From Thermoproteota archaeon (GTDB lineage Archaea > Korarchaeota > Korarchaeia > Korarchaeales > Korarchaeaceae): DNA of 13,595 nucleotides. A program made the position numbers and the translations under genes. Where the stretch lies: assembly GCA_015522685.1 (NCBI GenBank), contig WALU01000046.1, positions 1-13,595 of the forward strand. Reading direction: 5' to 3'. The notes under the pieces are model-generated. The model did no database searches. It saw only the letters and a list, made by a program, of their open reading frames with translations, and had not been told where the DNA came from. Below, piece by piece: positions 1 to 7,675 of the stretch; the first letter of the stretch is position 1, and every line of letters begins with the position of its first letter.

Positions 1-376
1 ATTTCCTCAGCATAAACACCCTTTCACCAAACACTGTAAGCGGAAATGATGTTGTATCAGTTATTAGACCATCAGTAGATGGCTCAAATGTATCAACATG
101 GTCAACAGCATCAATACCTCTTATCTCGTCTATTATCTGATTAGGATCAACGTGCTTGTCAGTGAGATCCATGACAGTAGTGATTTTTACATGATTCTTG
201 GCCTCAGAGAAGCCATATATATAATTGAGGTTTATCTTCCACTTCTCTATTATGGATAGGATCTCCCTCAGCTCGCCTGGGCGATCCACCTTAAGGTATA
301 TAGAGATACCGCGGAATTTCCTTCTTGGAAATATCAAGACGTTTCTATACTCAAGGCTTTCATGCTCCACTTCCAT
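1..376 (-). CDS. ACT-domain protein, probably ACT + V4R (4VR) ligand-binding protein; 3' end runs off the left edge
   Basis: Not in the ORF track. Manual translation from ATG 376 is open to base 1 (125 codons): MEVEHESLEYRNVLIFPRRKFRGISIYLKVDRPGELREILSIIEKWKINLNYIYGFS...GLITDTTSFPLTVFGERVFMLRK. 'DRPG.L..I..II....IN' is an ACT signature. 'FPL...GERV..L' resembles the start of archaeal V4R domains (recalled, not searched). Confidence 0.8.
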   Translation of the reverse strand, partial: MEVEHESLEYRNVLIFPRRKFRGISIYLKVDRPGELREILSIIEKWKINLNYIYGFSEAKNHVKITTVMDLTDKHVDPNQIIDEIRGIDAVDHVDTFEPSTDGLITDTTSFPLTVFGERVFMLRK

Positions 377-669
377 AACTGGCCCTATAAAGAAATTAGT
401 AGTAATCAAATAAAAAAGCATTTGTATGCCTACCCAATTTTCATATATTTTTATTCTTTTTGATATTATAAAACTTTAAGAGTATTTTATACAAAAAATT
501 CATATACTTTTTGATGAAAATATTGTTACAATGTGCTGAAGTAATGATATTATCTAGGAGGTTAGATTGACCCATACCCATTTATTTTCTATACAAAAAA
601 TGTATGATAGAATAATAGGTAAGGTCTCTATAAATCTCCTAGTGATTCAATATTGAGATATTAGCTAAT

Positions 670-713
670 GCCCAACGGGCGCCCACTGGGCGCTAGAAGA
701 CAGACAGGCGCTA
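670..713. promoter_or_regulatory. GC-rich palindromic cluster, candidate operator
   Basis: Tandem GCCCAACGGGC (670-680) and GCCCACTGGGC (681-691). Perfect GCGCCCA-C-TGGGCGC palindrome (679-693). GGCGCTA occurs twice (689-695, 707-713). All lie in an otherwise very AT-rich divergent intergenic region. Confidence 0.45.
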
Positions 714-745
714 TTAAATTTCTTAGTAGGTCCTTTAAATTGGTG

Positions 746-1888
746 ATGAAGTTGGAGAAGATCAGGACATTCCTGTTGATAATCTTCTTATCATCTCTAA
801 TAACTGCGACCCTGATATCCTCAAGTGCCGCAGAAAATTCAAGTGAACTCACAGCTACTACTCTTATATCCCTTTATAAGGGAGCTAGGATAGATCTACT
901 GAATACTCTCAATGCTTATTTCAATGTGTCAACGGCTTCTAGTGGAGGTAACGCATCGATCAATGCTAATGCATCCGGATCCTCAAATGAAACCGTATCT
1001 GGATCTGGAGTGGAAGTCAGTGCTAATGCTGCGGTATCGATCAATGCTAATGCATCCGGATCTAGTATGGCTGTAAATGCATCCTTCTGCACTAACATAT
1101 ATGAGACCACTTTAGGCTATGTAAAACAAGCTGATCAATATATTGAGGCTGCAGAGGCAAATATTAAAGCAGGCAATTATAATATAGCTGCCCATCAGGC
1201 TCTTAAATCCCTCAATATACTAGGTAAAGCATATGTACATCTTACGCATTGCATAGAAATGCAGAAGCAGTCAGCAAGCAGTTCATTGGGCAACGCTACG
1301 GGACTAGCTAATGGTCATGTAGCAGCGGGACTTATGTCTGCCATACTTAGACATGAGATGAGACTGAGCAGACTCAGAGCAGTACTGCAGGCAGCAAATA
1401 GCTCCGGGGTTAACGTAAGCTCTGCATGGAATCTGGTATCTCAGGCCCAGGATCTCCTCTCCAAGGCGAAGGATTTAGTCACGGAAGGAAACTCAAGTGC
1501 TAGTAATATAATGGCTGAGGCTAATAGAATTACAGCTCAAATAGTGAGAACTCTCAAAGCAGGATCTATAGAAGCTATTGAGCATGGTAAATGGCGTGTT
1601 AGGGGAAACAGGAGCATAATGAACATAAACATGAGCAAATCGTATGCTCATCATGGCCAGAATCATAGTAAGAATGCAACTTGGAAGGGCAACTACACCT
1701 CTGGAGCCAAGGGCGAGGAGAAGGGTCATAAAGGAAAGCCTGCTTTAAAGCCCACTTTCACAGCAGGAGGTAATCAAAGTAATCAGAGTAAAGGAAAGGG
1801 AAAGAACAGGATGAATGGAAGCACGTGGGAAAATGGAAACGGAGAGAGGCACAGGAGGTTTAACGGGAATAACTCCTTCGCACCATAA
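746..1888 (+). CDS. Secreted/cell-surface alpha-helical glycoprotein, hypothetical (380 aa from ATG 746; ORF track starts at 668)
   Basis: MKLEKIR + hydrophobic stretch + SSSAA forms a signal peptide starting at ATG 746. 20 N-X-S/T sequons counted by eye. Ala/Leu/Gln-rich amphipathic helices and a Gly/Lys/Asn/His-rich low-complexity tail. Confidence 0.8.
   Translation: MKLEKIRTFLLIIFLSSLITATLISSSAAENSSELTATTLISLYKGARIDLLNTLNAYFNVSTASSGGNASINANASGSSNETVSGSGVEVSANAAVSINANASGSSMAVNASFCTNIYETTLGYVKQADQYIEAAEANIKAGNYNIAAHQALKSLNILGKAYVHLTHCIEMQKQSASSSLGNATGLANGHVAAGLMSAILRHEMRLSRLRAVLQAANSSGVNVSSAWNLVSQAQDLLSKAKDLVTEGNSSASNIMAEANRITAQIVRTLKAGSIEAIEHGKWRVRGNRSIMNINMSKSYAHHGQNHSKNATWKGNYTSGAKGEEKGHKGKPALKPTFTAGGNQSNQSKGKGKNRMNGSTWENGNGERHRRFNGNNSFAP
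955..1062 (+). repeat. 27-bp exact direct repeat (955-981 and 1036-1062) encoding SINANASGS
   Basis: ATCGATCAATGCTAATGCATCCGGATC occurs twice, 81 nt apart and in frame. Confidence 0.9.
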
Positions 1889-1894
1889 ACAAAC

Positions 1895-1937
1895 CCTCCT
1901 ATTTTTTATTGAGGAAGTGATTTATTAATAGGAGGTG
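1895..1937 (+). promoter_or_regulatory. Shine-Dalgarno GGAGGTG (1931-1937) with upstream complementary anti-SD arm and T-tract
   Basis: CCTCCTATT (1895-1903) is the exact reverse complement of AATAGGAGG (1927-1935). T6 at 1902-1907. TTG start at 1943. Confidence 0.6.
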
Positions 1938-1942
1938 GCTAT

Positions 1943-2938
1943 TTGCCGGGGCGGTATTTTACTCTGACTTTACTCTTACTGATTATTCTTCCAGCGATTA
2001 TCTCAGCAAAAGCCCAAAATAACTCGAAGGTAGCGGTAACAATCTTTCCCGATGGCTGGATGGATATAACATTGATGCTCAATCTAACAGGTAACGAAAA
2101 CTCGGTTAATGTGAAGATAAATGGAGAGCCGCATTATTTACTAGTAGAGGGAGAAGGATGGCTTCTGCTGAATCATACACTCTCGGGCAACATCTTAAGC
2201 ATAGAGACTCTAGGGGCGAAGCACATAAATGTATCTTACCAAACTTCCTCCCTGACAACTAAAATAGGTAGCCTGTGGAACGCGAGCATAAACCTTAATG
2301 TCAGCAGTGTAACGCTATTACTCCCTAAAGATAGCGTTATTCTTGGAATGTCCTCAGTTCCAAATAACATCCAGATGAGAGATCAATGGATGGAATTTTC
2401 TTTTAGCTCAGGCTCTCTCTGGGTGACTTACAAGATCGAGAGAGTTCCTACTACCCCACCAACTTTGACTGCTTCAAAACCAAAGGGTTCTGAGAGTATA
2501 ACCAAGGAAGCTCAAGCTCCAGTTACACTATCGTCAAGTGAAAGCAATGCAAATTTGCCAGGCGTCACAACATCTAGGACTAAGAAGGTCAGCAGCTCCA
2601 TAAATACAGGAAATAGAGAATTCAATAGCTCCTTAATCTTTACGCTTATAATCGTAGTCATACTCATCGTTCTGGCCATCTCACTTGTGAGGAGGCGTGG
2701 ATCAGCAAGTATTAACGAATCGGAACTTGATAGCCTCGAAAGGAGCATAGTATCGGAACTTTTGAGGAGAAATGGGCAGGCCTTACAGTCAGATCTAGTT
2801 AAAGCCTTGGATGCCCCAAGAGCCACCGTATGGAGGAGACTTAGGAGGATGGAATCTGAGGGCAAGGTGGAGCTTGTGAAAGAGGGGAGATATACCCTAG
2901 TGAGACTAAAAGCGAATTTAGACGGCTTGAACTCTTAG
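1943..2938 (+). CDS. Membrane-anchored winged-helix protein (COG2512-like): signal peptide, extracellular beta domain, S/T/P linker, TM helix, cytoplasmic wHTH
   Basis: N-terminal signal (…AKA-Q) and beta-rich domain with sequons. Linker PTTPPT…SSS. TM LIFTLIIVVILIVLAISLV followed by RRR. C-terminal LDSLERSIVSELLRRNGQALQSDLVKALDAPRATVWRRLRRMESEGKVELVKEGRYTLVRL is a typical wHTH. Confidence 0.85.
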   Translation: MPGRYFTLTLLLLIILPAIISAKAQNNSKVAVTIFPDGWMDITLMLNLTGNENSVNVKINGEPHYLLVEGEGWLLLNHTLSGNILSIETLGAKHINVSYQTSSLTTKIGSLWNASINLNVSSVTLLLPKDSVILGMSSVPNNIQMRDQWMEFSFSSGSLWVTYKIERVPTTPPTLTASKPKGSESITKEAQAPVTLSSSESNANLPGVTTSRTKKVSSSINTGNREFNSSLIFTLIIVVILIVLAISLVRRRGSASINESELDSLERSIVSELLRRNGQALQSDLVKALDAPRATVWRRLRRMESEGKVELVKEGRYTLVRLKANLDGLNS

Positions 2939-3279
2939 ATCATAATCCTTACACTCGAATTTTAGGCTGTGTATTCTATCTACTCTGTTATTAGCTTATC
3001 TACCTATAATTTGAGAATTATATAGCGAAGATCTAGAAGATCTAAGTTCTTACCTGCTTTTCTACTTACTTTCACTTTTCCCTTGCTTAGCCTGATTAGC
3101 CTCATTAACTTCCTTGCAGTTTGCCCCTTGGAAGCTGTGCAATCCTTCGGATGGCCTTAAGCCCTAGATAGCCATAAGAAGAGAGAAACCTCGAATATTC
3201 ATCATTCAAATGGACCTTTATCTCTCCTCATTCTCCCTCTCATCTCCTCTCTTCCCATCTCATCTTCCCTAACCTTAGC

Positions 3280-3786
3280 TCAGCTTAGCATATTCTCCAG
3301 TCCACCAGACTTAGAGAACCTCTTGGCAACCTCATCAAAGTGATCCCTAACTGGCAAGTAAACCTTCTCATAGAACTGCCTCTGATCCAACAATATCTCC
3401 TTCGGAAATGTCTTAAGATAGTTTAAGGATGCCTTCCATGCTTCCCTATATGGAATGAAGGGCTCTATGCGCTGGGCTATCTCTCTATCGTAGTCTTCAG
3501 GCCTCTGAACCTCATCTCCGATAGTGAAGAGCCCACTTTCGGTAATATAAGCGGCCTCATTTCCTACCCTCTCTATTGACTTAGAGGGAGTAGGCATTGA
3601 AGGAGTGGCGGCTCCGGCTGCATATCTCCTCCTGGGCTTTCCTCCCGATCTCTTTGCCCATGCATAGAATATGGCTCTATTAAGTCCAAAGGACTCAGCT
3701 TTATTTATATCTTCATTCAGCAAGTAATAACGAGCTGCTTGGAGGAGCGCCATCACCTGAAACCTACCTATCTTACTCCTAGGCAT
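3280..3786 (-). CDS. Conserved hypothetical archaeal protein (168 aa from ATG 3786; ORF track starts at 3846)
   Basis: Normal globular composition. The N-terminal block GRFQVMALLQAARYY…GLNRAIFYAWAK resembles an uncharacterised crenarchaeal family (recalled). The first 20 codons of the longer ORF look non-coding. Confidence 0.75.
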   Translation of the reverse strand: MPRSKIGRFQVMALLQAARYYLLNEDINKAESFGLNRAIFYAWAKRSGGKPRRRYAAGAATPSMPTPSKSIERVGNEAAYITESGLFTIGDEVQRPEDYDREIAQRIEPFIPYREAWKASLNYLKTFPKEILLDQRQFYEKVYLPVRDHFDEVAKRFSKSGGLENMLS

Positions 3787-3887
3787 CCTTCTATGGAGAA
3801 GCGATAATGTATAATCTTTTCTCTGCATCGTTAGGAGATTTATCAACTAAATTGCATAAGGGCAAAAATTTATCATCAGTATAGCAG

Positions 3888-4253
3888 TTAGACTTCTAGG
3901 ATGATATCTCTCAACTTCTCGGCAGTCCTGACATAGAACTCAGCCATTTCCTTACTGAAAGATATAGGTCTATGGTCAGCTATCTTTCTAGCCTCAAATA
4001 AAGCCATATATTCATCTTTCAATTCTTTAGCCTTCTTCTCCCCTAATTTCCTCGAGAGAACTTTCATGAGGGCATTAGCAATTTTATCATCCTTCTTAGT
4101 CTTGAGACCCTTTAATATTGATTCTGCTGCTAATCTAACTGAGAAGTACGCAGCACTCACAGCTTTATTGTAGCAGCCTACCTCTAGATCCTTTAGAGAC
4201 TCTCCCATCAGTTCATCGGATTTTGACCTCAGATCCAGCAACTCTCGTGCCAC
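3888..4253 (-). CDS. HEPN domain protein (UPF0332-like), putative toxin
   Basis: 121 aa, all helical. 'G.YNKAVSAAYFS' N-terminal HEPN motif and R-X4-H motif (RKIADH). Overlaps the upstream small gene by 41 bp. Confidence 0.85.
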   Translation of the reverse strand: MARELLDLRSKSDELMGESLKDLEVGCYNKAVSAAYFSVRLAAESILKGLKTKKDDKIANALMKVLSRKLGEKKAKELKDEYMALFEARKIADHRPISFSKEMAEFYVRTAEKLRDIILEV

Positions 4254-4533
4254 CCCTCAAGAAAAATGCTTCCACTGCCTCTCTATCTTCCTTCGGAACT
4301 ACCAGAGGACTTACCTCATCAGGCGCTAGGGAAGCTACCTCCCTGAGATCACCCTGCTTAAGCTTATCGAGCATCACAAGAACATTAGAGTCATAGAGGG
4401 AGTCCTCAGGTGATGGAAGAGCTATAACCGAGACTAGTCTATCCTTAAAGGAATCCTCAAGCCTTGATATGAACTTCTGTACCTTCAGTCTCCACTCTCT
4501 TGGTGACCTAAGATTAACAGCAACTGAATACAT
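4213..4533 (-). CDS. Minimal nucleotidyltransferase (MNT)-fold protein with degenerate active site, putative antitoxin
   Basis: About 106 aa with MNT-like topology (FKDRLVSVIAL…DSNVLVML…VSPLVV) directly upstream of HEPN. The canonical GS…DxD motif is replaced by LPSPEDSLYDSN. The start is ATG 4533 or GTG 4536. Confidence 0.7.
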   Translation of the reverse strand: MYSVAVNLRSPREWRLKVQKFISRLEDSFKDRLVSVIALPSPEDSLYDSNVLVMLDKLKQGDLREVASLAPDEVSPLVVPKEDREAVEAFFLRGGTRVAGSEVKIR

Positions 4534-4696
4534 CACCTTCTATAGATTGCTGAATTAATAATGCTTCTGTATGAGTAGAATTCTAGTATTAATCCTATCC
4601 TATTACATATCATAGCACTTTTGCATAGTTCTAATCTAGTATATCACGAGTATAATATTGCACAGTATGCTAGCCTATATAGCAAAGTTAAAGCCT

Positions 4697-7675
4697 TTAG
4701 CTGGCTGATCTGCTACTCCTTTCATTGAATTCTTCCTCTCCTCTTTTCTTAGATTTTCTCACTCCAGCAATCACTATATACAACTCTGCTAAGGACATAA
4801 GTATCACTCCCCACCATATAAGATGGACATAGGGTACATCCTTCACTTGAACTAATGCGCCTGAGCTTCTCAGCGTGGAGTTAGTAACGTTGAATCCGGA
4901 GGCTAAATCATAGAGATCTAGTGTATAGGGAGTTATCATGCTCTCTTGAATGGTCTGGCTTAAGTAAGCTGAGGTAAAGAGGGAGGCTAAAGCCAGCTTT
5001 TGGTCTTCTCTCAATCCTTGGAAGGACTTGCTCAGATAATAGACCATTAGCTCATGAAACCCCGTACTCCATCTCCTATGCTTCACCATGGGTGGATTGA
5101 ATACCAGGTAGGTATCCCCAAGACCATTGCTAACAGGAAGAACATGGGCCACCAGTCCATGTATTCCTTGAACCTCCCCATTAGCATCGAACCTTATCTC
5201 CAGCTTTCTCTTCCCACTATTCGCAATTAGTGTTAAAGAGAGTTTAGCTCCTTCAGGCAGTTCCTTGGGAACTGGAAGGTAACCAAGGCAGCGATATGGT
5301 ATTTCACGGGAGATTATCTCGCTACAATTACTAGGTAGTACCTGGTCTATTACTCTTGATATGTATGTACTGTTAGAGAGAATATTTGCTAATCCACTCT
5401 TTAAGGCTATTTTCATGGTATCCGATAATATTGCTCTCTGATTGAAGGCAAGATATAGACTAACGTCTTCTCCTACGATAGCTGCTGGGATTTTTATGTT
5501 CATGTTTTTTCCTGATCTTGATCCTGATCCTGAGAATATACCATTTTCTATCACTAGAGTCGAGTTTGGTATCATAAGCCAGTTATCTACCTTCTTTGGA
5601 ATAGAACGCCTCTGCTTTAATAAATCAAAAAAGATAAGTGATGCTTTACTCACCTTCAGGGTTCCTCCAGCCAAGCTCAGCTTGAGAGGCTCTGAGAAGT
5701 TGAGATTCATCTTGGTGAATGACAAATCTTTGAGAGATATATTTCCGAGTAGTTTTACGTTGCCTATCACCATTATCTTAAAGATCGCTTTATTGCTCCT
5801 AGTGTTTAGGGAACCAACCACTAGTGGATTTGATATTGAAATGATTAGGCTTCCTAAATCCTCAAGCTCCTTAGAGGTATTAACATTGGCACTAATGGTA
5901 TTTACAAACATACCCTCTGCTGTAGACTGATAGGTACCGTTAAGTAGTAATCCTCTCTTCGTATACCTGTAAAGAGCCATTATACCACTTTCCTCAAGCT
6001 TTCTCTCACCATTTTCATACTTCTTCAGGTCCTGGCTGGTATTTGTAAATAAATCTAGCATAATGAGACTAGCTCTCTTATATATCTCAGACTTTCCTGC
6101 ATAAGGTGTGTAAAGGTCAACACTTCCGCCATAGAGATCATACTTGTAATTCTTGAGCATTAATCTCTCATCGTACACTTTCGCCTCCTGACCAAGGGGC
6201 AATTTTACATCCTTGAAATATGATCTGTTGTATGCAAAAGGACCACTAAGAATTATTCCCAGCATGGTTAGAGCCATAGCTGCATGTAGGAGAGATATAG
6301 AAGTCATCACACTGTTTCTCTCCCTAGCGTATATGTAAAGAGCAGTCAATCCCGAGAATAAACCAGCAACAGTAAAAGGAAGGAGAACAGATATCATGAG
6401 ATTGGTTATCATAGAGCTATCTGGGGACCAGATAAGATCTCCCCTGAAAGTTTGATAAAGGAGAATTACAGAGACTATCGAAAGCCCCCCCAATAATCCT
6501 AATATCTCTCTCCAACTAATCTTATTCCCTAGCGTACACATCGGTAGGGATATCAAAAGCAGGAGAGCAAAGGGAAAGAGAACCGGATGGAAGAACTCTA
6601 TGCCCGAGTCCATCTGAGGAACATTCATATTCATACCAAGCACGCTACCTATAGACCCTTCGGCCAGTACCATGAAGAGGATCATGAACATCATAAATAA
6701 GGAAAAGTAAGAGAAGATTAGGCCCATCCGGTAGGGGCTGGAGGTCGCCTTTTTTACTCCCTCTCCTATACCCTTAGATCTCCTTATACCTCCAACAATG
6801 AAAAGAGTAACCAAGGCTAGGGTGATAATACTCGTCATAAACTTTGGCGAGGCGAAACTGTGTAAAGGGGATATTCCCACTCTAGTAACTAGTATTGCCA
6901 AGAAAACGCTTCCAGCAGCTGTCATATGCGTGGCATATGAGAGCTTTCTATCTAAGGATCTTACATGAAAAACAGCAGTTAGAGCAAGCCAAGGCGTAAG
7001 CTCAGACGTCTCCACTGGATCCCAAGCCCAATAGCCCCCCCAGCCGAACGTAATATAACTCCAATAACCTCCCATTGCTATACCTAAGGTAAGTAGGAGC
7101 CATCCAACTTTAGCGAGAAGATCACTGGCTCTCCAATGCCCACTATAAAGAGAAACTGCTGATGCTGAGATAAGAGCATAAGCTGTGAATGTAGATAAAG
7201 GGTGAGGATATATCCAAGGGCTCTTCAGGAGAGGATTCAGACCCATTCCTGTAATAACGGGTTTATGAAAGGAGCTAAAGGCCCCATTTAGGAAGGATAA
7301 AGTTAAAGATGAGAGAATGAGAGCTCCATACATAGAATCGAGCCTTGCATCACGATGATACCTCCCATGAATTAATGCGATAATTGAAAGAACAGCAGTC
7401 AAGAGGAAGAGGCTTCCCCCTCCACTAGACCAGCTGGAAGCTACCTTAAAAATCAGAGGCAGATCTCTAGAAGAAGTCTCATAGACGGGCTTAAGCGTGT
7501 AATCTTGGACTGCGAAGGCAATCAAATAAAATATCCAGTCTACCAGAAGAACTAAATATGCTAGAATGCCTAGCTTATTTACTTTTCTCCTCTTAAAGAG
7601 AGTAAAAATGTTTACTAAGAGAATTAATGCACCAGCCAGTGCTAAAATACCGGTGTAATGCATTTTATCACCCAA
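4697..7675 (-). CDS. ccmF: Cytochrome c synthetase/haem lyase CcmF with large extracytoplasmic insertion (992 aa)
   Basis: WWD motif WGGYWAWDPVET, G.GLNPLL..P...HP, conserved His in FHV, LHSFA and LLHAA, many TM helices, and C-terminal P.V.LIW.G. Confidence 0.93.
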   Translation of the reverse strand: MGDKMHYTGILALAGALILLVNIFTLFKRRKVNKLGILAYLVLLVDWIFYLIAFAVQDYTLKPVYETSSRDLPLIFKVASSWSSGGGSLFLLTAVLSIIALIHGRYHRDARLDSMYGALILSSLTLSFLNGAFSSFHKPVITGMGLNPLLKSPWIYPHPLSTFTAYALISASAVSLYSGHWRASDLLAKVGWLLLTLGIAMGGYWSYITFGWGGYWAWDPVETSELTPWLALTAVFHVRSLDRKLSYATHMTAAGSVFLAILVTRVGISPLHSFASPKFMTSIITLALVTLFIVGGIRRSKGIGEGVKKATSSPYRMGLIFSYFSLFMMFMILFMVLAEGSIGSVLGMNMNVPQMDSGIEFFHPVLFPFALLLLISLPMCTLGNKISWREILGLLGGLSIVSVILLYQTFRGDLIWSPDSSMITNLMISVLLPFTVAGLFSGLTALYIYARERNSVMTSISLLHAAMALTMLGIILSGPFAYNRSYFKDVKLPLGQEAKVYDERLMLKNYKYDLYGGSVDLYTPYAGKSEIYKRASLIMLDLFTNTSQDLKKYENGERKLEESGIMALYRYTKRGLLLNGTYQSTAEGMFVNTISANVNTSKELEDLGSLIISISNPLVVGSLNTRSNKAIFKIMVIGNVKLLGNISLKDLSFTKMNLNFSEPLKLSLAGGTLKVSKASLIFFDLLKQRRSIPKKVDNWLMIPNSTLVIENGIFSGSGSRSGKNMNIKIPAAIVGEDVSLYLAFNQRAILSDTMKIALKSGLANILSNSTYISRVIDQVLPSNCSEIISREIPYRCLGYLPVPKELPEGAKLSLTLIANSGKRKLEIRFDANGEVQGIHGLVAHVLPVSNGLGDTYLVFNPPMVKHRRWSTGFHELMVYYLSKSFQGLREDQKLALASLFTSAYLSQTIQESMITPYTLDLYDLASGFNVTNSTLRSSGALVQVKDVPYVHLIWWGVILMSLAELYIVIAGVRKSKKRGEEEFNERSSRSAS

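Noticed and set aside
225-413. 62-aa + strand ORF
   Set aside because: Antisense shadow of the ACT-domain gene at 1-376.
668-745. N-terminal 26 codons of the 406-aa ORF
   Set aside because: They precede a clean signal peptide at ATG 746 and overlap the palindromic, promoter-like DNA.
661-2865. Minus-strand ORFs 661-852, 916-1110, 1493-1729 and 2512-2865
   Set aside because: Antisense to well-supported genes and without motifs. The repeat in 916-1110 only mirrors the sense-strand duplication.
2936-2938. TAG readthrough of the wHTH regulator
   Set aside because: The domain is already complete, and another TAG follows after 8 codons.
5511-5531. CCTGAT/CTTGAT hexamer run
   Set aside because: Simply encodes a short SGSGSRSG linker in CcmF.
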